Below are positions 1 to 9,163 of a stretch of 64,000 nucleotides of DNA, one piece after another; positions within the stretch are counted from its first letter, which is position 1; each line of letters begins with the position of its first letter. Below the pieces are notes generated by a model. It did not search any database and was not told where the DNA came from. It worked only from the letters and a program-made list of their open reading frames with translations. Source of the stretch: Candidatus Bathyarchaeota archaeon (GTDB lineage Archaea; Thermoproteota; Bathyarchaeia; Bathyarchaeales; DTEX01); the NCBI GenBank assembly GCA_025059045.1, contig JANXEA010000010.1, positions 53,324 to 117,323 on the forward strand, in the 5' to 3' direction. Position numbers and translations under genes: made by a program.

Positions 1-105
1 ACACCTGAATTCGCGGAGAAGATAGGCGCTGATGCCGCTGCAAGAGACGCGGTCGACGGAGTCCGCATATGTAATGAGTGGATGAAGGAAAAGGCGCGAA
101 GCTGA
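1..105 (+). CDS. C-terminal end of a cobalamin (B12)-binding / corrinoid-type protein (partial, runs off window start)
   Basis: Frame +1 reads TPEFAEKIGADAAARDAVDGVRICNEWMKEKARS then TGA at 103-105. The FA..IGAD....DA..AV pattern is typical of the last helix of B12-binding Rossmann domains. Only 34 codons are visible. Confidence 0.4.
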   Translation, partial: TPEFAEKIGADAAARDAVDGVRICNEWMKEKARS

Positions 106-113
106 GGATTCCA

Positions 114-761
114 TCATAAGTATTTTTTGTACCGTGGGTTGTCTCTAAGGACCGGTTTCCCCTTCTCTTCAACCACTATTTTGGCGAAACCCCTCTCCTT
201 TATCGTCTCATAGTCGTGTCCTGAATCCGACGGGTAAATAGCCAGAAAAACTAGTTCTTCTTTACCAGTGTTAACTGTGCGATGCGCCATTCCAGGCGGG
301 ATGTAGACCAAAACGTTCGGCTCGATCTTAGCTTGGGCAATCTCTTCATCACGGCTCTGCATAAGAATCAGCCCTTCGCCTCGGATTCCAAGATAGACTT
401 CACATGTGTTATCTTTCTCATGATAGTGGCCCTTCGTGAAGTAGTATTCATCGCCAATCTTCCCGGGATAAATCACCGTGCACCCCACGTTGAAAAGCCC
501 CTCAGCTGGTTCACGTGGAATCTCATACACCTCGTATATAAGCGGGTCCTTTCCCTCCTTCAGGATCCTCCCTACGGTTTCCTCATCAGAGAAGTATCCT
601 AGAAGGTCGCTGAGCCGTCTCTCCACCTTCACACTGTAAGGGTGAATTCCAGTAGGCCCCCCAATTTTCGCAGAATACGGCTTTCCCTCAACGTTCAATT
701 TAATCCCTTTCCCCTCACCTTGTCTACTGTTTAATATAAATAACTTTTGAGTAGAGAACAT
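114..761 (-). CDS. pgiA: cupin-type glucose-6-phosphate isomerase (cPGI)
   Basis: 215-aa ORF. Cupin metal site TKGHYHEKDNTCE ... PPGMAHRTVN (GHxH..E...H), with size and layout like Pyrococcus-type cPGI. Confidence 0.8.
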   Translation of the reverse strand: MFSTQKLFILNSRQGEGKGIKLNVEGKPYSAKIGGPTGIHPYSVKVERRLSDLLGYFSDEETVGRILKEGKDPLIYEVYEIPREPAEGLFNVGCTVIYPGKIGDEYYFTKGHYHEKDNTCEVYLGIRGEGLILMQSRDEEIAQAKIEPNVLVYIPPGMAHRTVNTGKEELVFLAIYPSDSGHDYETIKERGFAKIVVEEKGKPVLRDNPRYKKYL

Positions 762-809
762 GTTTTATTTTTCCTCTCGGCAAAAGGGTTACGCACATAT
801 ATGTGTAAT

Positions 810-1442
810 TCATGTCTCGCGTAGACTACTCACATACTCTCTTATTTCAGCCGCTTTGTCCGCAGACAGCATACCCATTCCTAAAAGATTTTCCACTATT
901 TCAGATATCGTTGTGATTGAGGTAACAGTGTACCCGAGCCCCTCCAGTCTCTCCCTGCCTCCCTGCTCTCTATCAACTATTACGAGAACCGCCTCGATTC
1001 TTCCCCCCATAGACTCAATCGGCCTCATTCCTTCGATCTTCGATTCCCCATCTGTTAAGACATCGTCGAAGAAGAGGAAGCGATCGCCTTCCTCGACCAC
1101 TCCGCCCGCAATTCGGCCAGTTGAACCGTATGCTTTCTCCTCCTTCCTCACTACTATGCATGGCATGTTCAGCTTAGAGGCAACACTTGGCAGGACCAAT
1201 GCGCCCTTAAGCTCTATTGTCGCCAGCTTATTTATTGGCGATGAGCATGCAACCTTTCTAATGTGGGATGCAACAATGTTGACGACATTGTTGAAGTCGG
1301 CTGGAGAGGATAGAAGCCAAGCTAGGTCAATGTAGTAAGGGCTGACAACGCCTGATTTCAATTTGAATTTTCCAAGCCTGAAGGCACCTGAAACGGCTAA
1401 AGATCTCGCAATACTAACTGTTTCATCGTCCACATTTTCCAC
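810..1442 (-). CDS. pyrE: orotate phosphoribosyltransferase
   Basis: 210 aa. FKLKSGVVSPYYIDL N-terminal motif and PRPP-binding loop LFFDDVLTDGESK. Confidence 0.85.
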   Translation of the reverse strand: MENVDDETVSIARSLAVSGAFRLGKFKLKSGVVSPYYIDLAWLLSSPADFNNVVNIVASHIRKVACSSPINKLATIELKGALVLPSVASKLNMPCIVVRKEEKAYGSTGRIAGGVVEEGDRFLFFDDVLTDGESKIEGMRPIESMGGRIEAVLVIVDREQGGRERLEGLGYTVTSITTISEIVENLLGMGMLSADKAAEIREYVSSLRET

Positions 1443-1477
1443 CTGCTAAAGGACAATCGACCAGCGGGTTTAAAGAC

Positions 1478-3202
1478 TTATCTTCCTGCATAATGTTTGG
1501 CGCCGTTTAATCCTGCCAACTGGATTCGAGCCTTCTTTTCGAATTGTCTTAGGTAAATGCTCCTCACTTTTCCAATTGTGTCAGCTTCCTCTGGCTTCTT
1601 GTCATCTCTTATTCTAGTTATTCTTGCAAATCTAAGAGCCATGCCGCATTTGTATTTTGGGCTTTCCTGTATTTCGTTATATGCTACCTCAACAACGATC
1701 TTCGGGGATACGATGACCTTATGTCCATCCTCGTATAATGCAATCTCTTTAAGCCTCTGCGTCATCTCCTCAATCTCATGGTCAGTCAGTCCCTTGAACG
1801 TCTTCCCCACCGTTAAGAACTCGCCGCTTTCTTCGTCTCTTGCGGCAAGGTAATAGTCTGAGAGCCATTTATGCCTCTTTCCATATCCATACTCAGCCGC
1901 AACTATCACCAGATCTAATGGCTCCAAGACCTCCTTTATTTTGAGCCAGAATTTGCCCCGTGCACCCAGGATATATGGGCTGTCTAGTCTCTTAGCCATC
2001 AAGCCTTCATGACCTCTAGAAATCGACTCACTAAGAAATCTTTGAGCAACCTGCACGTTGTCAGCCACAATCTGCTCTGTCAACGGTATATCTCCGGCTA
2101 TCTCCTGCAGCCTTCTTCTCCGTTCATGGTAGGGCATGTCTATGAGACTTTGACCCTCAACAGAGATGACGTCGAATAGAAAAAGCTTAACTGGAATTTT
2201 TTCAATGACCGAGTCTACGTCTTTGATCCTTTTGAAGCGTCGCATAAGATGCTGGAATGGTAATGGGCTGCCGTCTTTTCCGATGGCGATTACTTCACCC
2301 TCCACTATCGCCTCCTCAGCCCTTATCTCCCTACGTATTAGCTGAACAATCTCCGGTAAGCTCCCCGTTATCTCGGTCAGTCTTCTACTGAATATCATGA
2401 CCCGCCCCTTTGATTTGTGAATCTGAACCCTCGCTCCGTCAAGTTTGAACTCAAGCGCGGTCTTTCCCCCATGCTCCTCCAAAGCCTCCTCTAGACTGTT
2501 CGCGGTCTGAGCGAGCATAGGTCTAAAAGGCCTGAAAACTTTGAAGCCTATTCTTGAAAGCGCGTCTAAGCCCTTCGTCCGGCAGATCTCGGCAACCTCC
2601 CCTATGTCCCCCATTATCATCGTTGCTTTTTGCACGGTCTCTAGCGGAATAGAGAAGGCCTTTGCCACCGCTGACTCCATTAGACCCTCGCTGAAACCAG
2701 TTCTCATCTCCCCAATTATTATTTTCACAAGGTATTTCACTTCGATAGGCGATGCACGTGCGAGAAGTGCTTCGATAAGACGCTCCTTCTTCTCCCTTGA
2801 ACCTGAGCCAGTCGCCTCTGCAACAGCATCGAACACTTGCCTAACATCAAGTATGGAGAGAGGGCTCTCGAGGAGCACCGTCTGCCTTGCCTTCACACCT
2901 CTCTCAAACAGTTTCTGAGATGCAGCTCCAATGTCTCCTGTCTCCCTGAAAGCGGCTAAAAAATCATTCCAGCTAACACCCATCAAATTCCTGATTATGC
3001 CGCTCAGCGTTTCCCAGCTCACGTCTAATTCTCTCTGATCCCATCTCGGAAATGGTCTGCCCAGCATCATGGAGATCGCAGGCTCGACTTCCTTAGGCTC
3101 AAGCGTTCTTATAAAATCCGCCGCGATAATGATTGCCAAATTGCGTCGTGTTGTTGCCGATATCCTCTCGCAGACGTCTGTTAGAGCCTTAAACCTTGTC
3201 AT
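1478..3202 (-). CDS. lig: ATP-dependent DNA ligase
   Basis: 574 aa. Adenylation motif I EFKLDGARVQIHK (KxDG), followed by LFLFDV, GLMAK and FWLKIK motifs typical of archaeal Lig. Confidence 0.95.
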   Translation of the reverse strand: MTRFKALTDVCERISATTRRNLAIIIAADFIRTLEPKEVEPAISMMLGRPFPRWDQRELDVSWETLSGIIRNLMGVSWNDFLAAFRETGDIGAASQKLFERGVKARQTVLLESPLSILDVRQVFDAVAEATGSGSREKKERLIEALLARASPIEVKYLVKIIIGEMRTGFSEGLMESAVAKAFSIPLETVQKATMIMGDIGEVAEICRTKGLDALSRIGFKVFRPFRPMLAQTANSLEEALEEHGGKTALEFKLDGARVQIHKSKGRVMIFSRRLTEITGSLPEIVQLIRREIRAEEAIVEGEVIAIGKDGSPLPFQHLMRRFKRIKDVDSVIEKIPVKLFLFDVISVEGQSLIDMPYHERRRRLQEIAGDIPLTEQIVADNVQVAQRFLSESISRGHEGLMAKRLDSPYILGARGKFWLKIKEVLEPLDLVIVAAEYGYGKRHKWLSDYYLAARDEESGEFLTVGKTFKGLTDHEIEEMTQRLKEIALYEDGHKVIVSPKIVVEVAYNEIQESPKYKCGMALRFARITRIRDDKKPEEADTIGKVRSIYLRQFEKKARIQLAGLNGAKHYAGR

Positions 3203-3291
3203 GAGGTATCAGCCAAGTTAAGCGTTGGGGCCGGTGAACATTCTTAAGCTGTACTTGAAACTCTTCGACCCCTAGAGTAAAAGATTGGATG

Positions 3292-4203
3292 CTATTGCCA
3301 TATCTTGTCTATCTCTGCGTGTATTTCACGCTTCGTCTTTTCAAACTCCTCTAATGAGAGTTCTCCAAGCTTGTAGCGTGTTTGAAGTGTTTCAAGCGTT
3401 TCTCTCAATTCTTTCTCCTTTTCTTTTCTTTCCCTAGTAAGGGATTCCAGAAGGTTTAGTGTATCATCGATTCCAGGCTTAACGATATTATATGTTTCCT
3501 CTGATATCTTTCCATCTCTAAAGGACTTTTCTAAAGCTTCTTTAAACGCTTTAAGATTTGTCTCCATGCTGAGAATATCAGCGGCTTTCTTTTGGCCGAG
3601 GATTTTTTCCAGCACCTCAACTTCCGCCCTAAGATCTTTTATGGATTCCTCAAGATTTTTCTGTTCTGCCTTCAACCCTTCAGACTTCTGACTAAAAGTC
3701 TCAGCGTCGATCTCGCCTACCTTCCTACGGATCTCGATCTCCTCAAGTGACACTGCAATCTCACTCAACCTAACGTTTTTCTCGTCCAGAGACTTCTTTA
3801 ACTCATTGATCATGTTAGTTCTCTTGCTTAAAAGACCGCTAAGCCTTTCCGAGTATTCTCTATACAGTTTGAGAAAAACCCTCTCGGACACCTGATTTGA
3901 CTGAAACAATCCTAAAAGTGCTACTCTTCTCTCATATAAAGCCGCGATTTCAGCCATTAGAGCTGCTGCCTCCTCTTTCCCGCCACCAGCTGGAGGCACT
4001 TTTGACGAGGCTTGAACCTGCATCCTTGTTGTTGGAGGAGGAACAGTCGGCGGTACTGGAGGCAAAGGCTCTCCAGGTCTGACTAAGGGCGGAGCATACT
4101 GCGGCAGCTTTGTTCCACAATATATGCAGTATCTCATAGCAGGCGCGAGTCTACCGCATCCTGGGCACCTGACTTTCTGCTCTTCATGTTCAGACACGGG
4201 CAT
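3292..4203 (-). CDS. zinc-ribbon protein with Pro-rich linker, coiled coil and three SHOCT-like repeats
   Basis: N-terminal CPGCG...CIYCG zinc ribbon, PPxxPP linker and long heptad-rich region. Three G-x-[IL]-[SD]-x-E-[ET]-[FY]-x-x-x-K motifs (GEIDAETFSQK, GKISEETYNIVK, GELSLEEFEKTK). Confidence 0.6.
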   Translation of the reverse strand: MPVSEHEEQKVRCPGCGRLAPAMRYCIYCGTKLPQYAPPLVRPGEPLPPVPPTVPPPTTRMQVQASSKVPPAGGGKEEAAALMAEIAALYERRVALLGLFQSNQVSERVFLKLYREYSERLSGLLSKRTNMINELKKSLDEKNVRLSEIAVSLEEIEIRRKVGEIDAETFSQKSEGLKAEQKNLEESIKDLRAEVEVLEKILGQKKAADILSMETNLKAFKEALEKSFRDGKISEETYNIVKPGIDDTLNLLESLTRERKEKEKELRETLETLQTRYKLGELSLEEFEKTKREIHAEIDKIWQ

Positions 4204-4303
4204 TCCCCAACGTTAATGAGGATCAGCAATATATTAAGGTTAATGGTCTAAGATTAGTTATAACTGGTCTAAAATCTCGACTAATGTCTTAGGAGGAAAC
4301 TTA

Positions 4304-4678
4304 ATGGGTAGCGGCTACATCGACCTGAGAAGGGCTTTAAGGGATTACCTGCGAGATCAAGAGGTCACTGTCTCAGACATACTTGATCTGATGGATGAGG
4401 AGAAGGAGGGGATTATGGATGCGCTTGCAAAGAGAGTTAGACTATCGAGAGAGCAGAGGAAGGCTTTAGAACGAAACGTCTCTAGCCGCGATCTAAATCT
4501 GCTGCTATTCGTGATCCAAGCCTTCTATCTGCTGAACCCCTCAGGAATGTATAAGGGTCTCATGATTGAGCCTTCGAGGGAGGACGTGGTCTCCGGCGAT
4601 ATGGTCACATATGAAGGTTGCCTGAGGATTCTTAAGGCTCTCAAGATTTCCACAGACGCATTGGAAGACTTGGCCTAA
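4304..4678 (+). CDS. hypothetical protein (124 aa)
   Basis: ATG ORF with GGAGG-like sequence upstream. Convergent 4-nt overlap with the DRG gene. No motif recognised. Confidence 0.45.
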   Translation: MGSGYIDLRRALRDYLRDQEVTVSDILDLMDEEKEGIMDALAKRVRLSREQRKALERNVSSRDLNLLLFVIQAFYLLNPSGMYKGLMIEPSREDVVSGDMVTYEGCLRILKALKISTDALEDLA

Positions 4679-5844
4679 TGGATTTCTATGGTGTCCCCAT
4701 CCTTCAAAATATGGTCAGGACCGACCTTCTGTCCCGGATACTTCACGCTAGATCCCCAGACTCTAGCATAACTGAATCTCTCATAGAGAGTGGAGTGGAG
4801 TCTGCGAGCCGCCTCAATAACAGTTGTCCCCTCCTCAAGGATCACCGGCTTCTTCGACGGCTCCTTCTCCCAGGGCTCCTTAGCATAAACCCTGATTATC
4901 CTTAACATTTGAAAAATATTCCTTCCAATATCTTCAAGCCCTCTTCCATCCCTGCACGACGTAGCCAAGACAGGAATGCTTAAGCCAAGTTCCCTTTTCA
5001 ATTGCTCCGCCTTCTCCTCTGCGCCGGGCATGTCAACTTTATTCGCGATCAACAAGGTTGGCTTGTAAATGTTACTTGAGAATAAACTGCCTTCGATATC
5101 GTCTAAGGAGACTTTTCCACGAATCCTGATGAGGGCTGATCTTATTCCGTAACCCTGAACTAATCTCTTGACTTCTTCAGGGGTGCAGTTTACTAGTACG
5201 CCGCCTCCGATGATATGGATTCCGGCATTTGCCGCCCTCCTAATGATCTCAACCTCGCCCTCAGGCTTTTCAATGATCATTCCAACGTTTTCCAGCTCAG
5301 ACTTGATTGTCAAGAATTGGTCGAAGGGGTCATTTGACAAGTCTACCATAATGATGAGGCCGTCAGCATTCCTAGCAAGCCCAAGTATCTGGGGACCATG
5401 CATCTTCCCCTCCGCTGCACCTCGAACCAGAGCTGGCGCCTCGATGAGTTGGAACTGCACGTCGCAGTATTGTAGCATTCCGACAACGGGTTTCTGGGTT
5501 GTGAATGGTATATCGGATATTTCTGGTTTAGCATTCGTCAGTGAAGAGAGAAGGCTGCTTCGACCCACATTCGTGGGCCCCAATATTATAATCTGACCCG
5601 CCCCCTCCTTTGGCACAGAGAAATCCAGCCCAGAGCCACCTCTCCTTCTCTCCCTATCCCTCTCAAGTTCCCGTTCCAAAACCGAAATTCTATGCTTAAC
5701 ATTGGCTATGAGCTTGCTTGTCCCCTTATGCTTCGGCACAAGAGAGAGGAACTCCCGCATCAACCGCACTTTTTCCGCTGGTGAGCGTGCAGCTACAACT
5801 TCAGCCCATTTTGCCTTGGCCTCTGCTGGCAGGTTTGTGACCAT
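4675..5844 (-). CDS. DRG/Obg-family GTPase with C-terminal TGS domain
   Basis: 389 aa. G1 GPTNVGRSSLL, G2 FTT, NKVD G4 motif, and TGS-like C-terminus (KDGDTIEIH). Confidence 0.85.
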   Translation of the reverse strand: MVTNLPAEAKAKWAEVVAARSPAEKVRLMREFLSLVPKHKGTSKLIANVKHRISVLERELERDRERRRGGSGLDFSVPKEGAGQIIILGPTNVGRSSLLSSLTNAKPEISDIPFTTQKPVVGMLQYCDVQFQLIEAPALVRGAAEGKMHGPQILGLARNADGLIIMVDLSNDPFDQFLTIKSELENVGMIIEKPEGEVEIIRRAANAGIHIIGGGVLVNCTPEEVKRLVQGYGIRSALIRIRGKVSLDDIEGSLFSSNIYKPTLLIANKVDMPGAEEKAEQLKRELGLSIPVLATSCRDGRGLEDIGRNIFQMLRIIRVYAKEPWEKEPSKKPVILEEGTTVIEAARRLHSTLYERFSYARVWGSSVKYPGQKVGPDHILKDGDTIEIH

Positions 5845-5937
5845 TTCTATCGACGTCCAGCCTCGAAACCCCTACTTATAAAGGAAAATTACTTACTGAG
5901 AGATAAATTTAGATGCATCTGGTGAGAGAGGCGGCTG

Positions 5938-7161
5938 CTATCCTGCTTCCACTTTTACTCCATCGCCGGCCCTTGATATCCAGCCTTGCTTGGCCCCCGC
6001 TGAGACACATTCAAAGATAACTTTTTTGCCCACTTTCTCATCTTTCACCAAGGCGATTATGCTTCCTCCCATCCCGGCCCCGGAGATCTTGGCTCCGTAG
6101 GCTCCAGCCTCAATCGCCGCTGAGCAGATGTCATCAATCTTTGGGATGCTGACATCATACAGGTCTCTTAGGAGAGACTGCTGATAATTCATGACTTCGC
6201 CTAGCACATGATAACTCATCTCTTCAGGTCTCACTCGCCTTATCTTTTCCCATGCCTCTTTTCCCAGGTTTGCCACTACCACATCTTTAGTTATAATCTC
6301 CGATCTTAGAACTTTCAGCGCAAGATCCGTCGACTTCTGCATCCTTAATGTGAAGAGAATCCTTCTCTTTGGCACTTCATCAAGATCGGTGAGGTAGTCT
6401 TTAATCTCCTCTTCTCGGATCTCCTCCCATTTCGGCTCGAAAAATCTGTGTCCAAGCCTAGACTTTAATATTTCAGGCACCCTTGGGTTCGCCATCAGCG
6501 ACCTAAGTCCCTGATCGATTTCAGCCTGTCTCTTAGGGTGTATCTCCGCAGTTGAGTGTCTCACCCCTGAGTCGACAATGGTGAAGACAAGATCCCTAAA
6601 TGGGAGAGATTCAACATTGTATGGCGGCCTGCATTCAAGCTTGATTATTCCGCCGAAGGCTACACCGTACTGGTCAAGTCTGCCGCATGGGATTCCAACC
6701 TCCTGATTCTCCGCATAAAATGATATTTCAGCCACATCCTTTATGTCCAAATCTAGACTGTTCATGCGGTTAAGAAGCTCTGTGAAGCCTACCTCCAGAG
6801 CCGCGCTGCTTGAGAGCCCTGACCCCACGGGGATATCGCTCTCTATTATCACATTTGCACCTCTTAGTTCTTCAGCTAGTCCACGCTTTATCAGCACATT
6901 GACTACTCCGCGTAGATAATTTCCGAAGAATTTTCCGGGAAGCATCTCATTAACGGCGACTTTGAACTCGTCCATATAGGGTTCTCCAAGCGATTCAAGA
7001 TCCCTAGATTTGACCGCTATAATCCTGTCCCCTCTCGGTTCTCCATATAGACGCATCCGTAAATTAATTGCGACTGGAACCACAGGTAACCCCTTATAAT
7101 CCTGATGCGTATTAAGGAAATCAGCTCTACCTGGGGTTGACACGATTAGCGGGTCGCCCAT
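5938..7161 (-). CDS. galK: galactokinase (GHMP kinase)
   Basis: Galactokinase signature GRADFLNTHQDY, GHMP motif PVGSGLSSSAALEV and C-terminal GAGMGGS. Confidence 0.85.
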   Translation of the reverse strand: MGDPLIVSTPGRADFLNTHQDYKGLPVVPVAINLRMRLYGEPRGDRIIAVKSRDLESLGEPYMDEFKVAVNEMLPGKFFGNYLRGVVNVLIKRGLAEELRGANVIIESDIPVGSGLSSSAALEVGFTELLNRMNSLDLDIKDVAEISFYAENQEVGIPCGRLDQYGVAFGGIIKLECRPPYNVESLPFRDLVFTIVDSGVRHSTAEIHPKRQAEIDQGLRSLMANPRVPEILKSRLGHRFFEPKWEEIREEEIKDYLTDLDEVPKRRILFTLRMQKSTDLALKVLRSEIITKDVVVANLGKEAWEKIRRVRPEEMSYHVLGEVMNYQQSLLRDLYDVSIPKIDDICSAAIEAGAYGAKISGAGMGGSIIALVKDEKVGKKVIFECVSAGAKQGWISRAGDGVKVEAG

Positions 7162-7255
7162 GCATAAGCCTCCGCCTCAGAGCCTCCTTAGTATTTCCTA
7201 GGCAGATTTAAAATCTATTTTTTATGCGAGTCCCTTTGGAATCGTCACCAGCGTG

Positions 7256-8209
7256 TCAGTCTTCAGGGCTTTTTCTAAGCTCCTCAGCCTTCATCTCTGG
7301 AGTGTAATCGTATGTGACTGTTCCAGCTCCGGTTTCCACACCTGCGAAATATTTTATCTTTCCCTTCTCGCGGTATGGAGGATAAAACTCGACATGAAAG
7401 TGGTAGTAGGGATAATCTTTGCCGTCTGTCGGCCTCTGATGTAGAGCCATCATATACGGGAAGCTCATATCGTAGAGATTATCAAATTTTCTCAGTATAC
7501 TTTTCAATATGCTTGCAAAGGACCATTTTTCTTCCTCCGTAAGGTCTATAATGGCCTGTATGTGCCTTTTCGGGTATATGTGAACCCCGAATGGCCAATG
7601 TGCAAAGAAAGGTAGAAAGCATATGAAGTCCTTATTTTCGCATACTACTCTAACCTTATCTTCTTTCTCCTTCTCAATTATCTTGCAGAATAGGCACTTC
7701 CCAGTTCTTTTCAGGTAATTTCTGCTAGATGATAGTTCACGCTGAATTATGGGTGGAACGAATGGGAAGGCGTAAAGCTGTCCGTGAGGATGATCCAAGG
7801 TCACGCCGATTATTCGACCCTTATTCTCGAAGATGAAAACATACTTGACGTATTCCAGCTTCTGCAGCTCTTCGAAACGTTCCCTCCAAAGGTCGATTAC
7901 GGCCTTTATATTCTCGACGCTTAGCTCCGAGAGAGATGTGTTATGTTCAGGCGTATAAACTATTACTTCACATATGCCTTCAGCCCGCCTACAACGATAA
8001 AGCCTGTCAAACTTGACGTCTGGAGGCGGGGCGTCCGGCCTTAGGGCTGGAAACTTGTTCGGTAAACTGAGCACGGTCCAGCCTTTTCCAGGCACCTCAT
8101 CAGCTCCTGGACAGAATGGGCAGTAACCCTCCGGAAGCAGAGGACGTACTCCCCTCTTGCCTGATACAATTATCCACTGAGATAGAATAGGATCCCACCT
8201 TAGCTCCAA
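7256..8209 (-). CDS. galT: galactose-1-phosphate uridylyltransferase
   Basis: CPFCPG zinc site and HPHGQ (HxHxQ) active-site motif. TTG start. Confidence 0.9.
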   Translation of the reverse strand: MELRWDPILSQWIIVSGKRGVRPLLPEGYCPFCPGADEVPGKGWTVLSLPNKFPALRPDAPPPDVKFDRLYRCRRAEGICEVIVYTPEHNTSLSELSVENIKAVIDLWRERFEELQKLEYVKYVFIFENKGRIIGVTLDHPHGQLYAFPFVPPIIQRELSSSRNYLKRTGKCLFCKIIEKEKEDKVRVVCENKDFICFLPFFAHWPFGVHIYPKRHIQAIIDLTEEEKWSFASILKSILRKFDNLYDMSFPYMMALHQRPTDGKDYPYYHFHVEFYPPYREKGKIKYFAGVETGAGTVTYDYTPEMKAEELRKSPED

Positions 8210-8379
8210 TCGCTTACCTACATCCTCCTTTAAATTTTGACTGGAAGGATTCCGGGGCGAGTTCGCTTCTGTAAACTTTGTTTTATCCTCCAGCTATTTT
8301 TATCTTCTCACATTCTCTTGGCGGAGAGAATGTTTAATTAGATGACAATCCTCAAAGGGTTGGCAGGTGAACTTGAAGG

Positions 8380-9051
8380 ATGGGGCAGAGCGATTTTGAG
8401 GCGGTTATCTTCGACTGGGACGGGACTTTAGCGGACACGAAGGAGGTCGTGGTGCTCTCATTCCAGATGGTTCTAGCTGAGGTTGGATGCAGGATTAGTG
8501 ACAGATTTCTTGAGAGATTAATCGGGATCGGCGCACGGAACATGTTCAAGGAGGCTTTGGAAAGCGCAGGCATACCATTCGACGAAAAGATGATAAATGA
8601 TCTTTTGAGGAGGAAAACATCCATCCAGCTAGGTATGATCGACCGTGTTAGGCTTTTCGACGGCGCAATTGAGCTTCTAGATTCCCTACATGGAAGGTTG
8701 AGAATCGCGTTGGCAACTATGAGTAACCGCGAAGTAATAGAGAAGGCCATTGCAGCGATGGGGATTAAAAAATATTTCGATTTGGTGCTGACCGTGGATG
8801 AAGTCAAAAAACCTAAACCCGATCCAGAAGTCTTCCTAAAATGCGCAGAGAAGCTTGGTGTCCAACCGACAAAATGCGTGGTTATTGAAGATTCCGTTTT
8901 TGGCGTGATCGCGGCTAAGAGGGCTGGGATGAGATGCATCGCCGTCCTAACCGGAGCCTATGGGATGGAGGAACTTGTGAGGGAGAATCCCGACCTAACT
9001 GTCAAATCATTAATGGAGATTGAGAAAATTTTAGGTTTCATTCTAGGCTAA
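8380..9051 (+). CDS. HAD-superfamily phosphatase / beta-phosphoglucomutase-like hydrolase
   Basis: Motif I FDWDGTLADT, motif III K...P, motif IV EDSVFG. Confidence 0.85.
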   Translation: MGQSDFEAVIFDWDGTLADTKEVVVLSFQMVLAEVGCRISDRFLERLIGIGARNMFKEALESAGIPFDEKMINDLLRRKTSIQLGMIDRVRLFDGAIELLDSLHGRLRIALATMSNREVIEKAIAAMGIKKYFDLVLTVDEVKKPKPDPEVFLKCAEKLGVQPTKCVVIEDSVFGVIAAKRAGMRCIAVLTGAYGMEELVRENPDLTVKSLMEIEKILGFILG

Positions 9052-9163
9052 TAAAGGGTGGCGATTAAACACGTGGGATGCTCACGGCAACACCCTCTTG
9101 GGCTAAGTTTATTAAGACCCTAATCAGTAAGGATGGCTCATAATCCGACCGTGGCGTGGGTAC

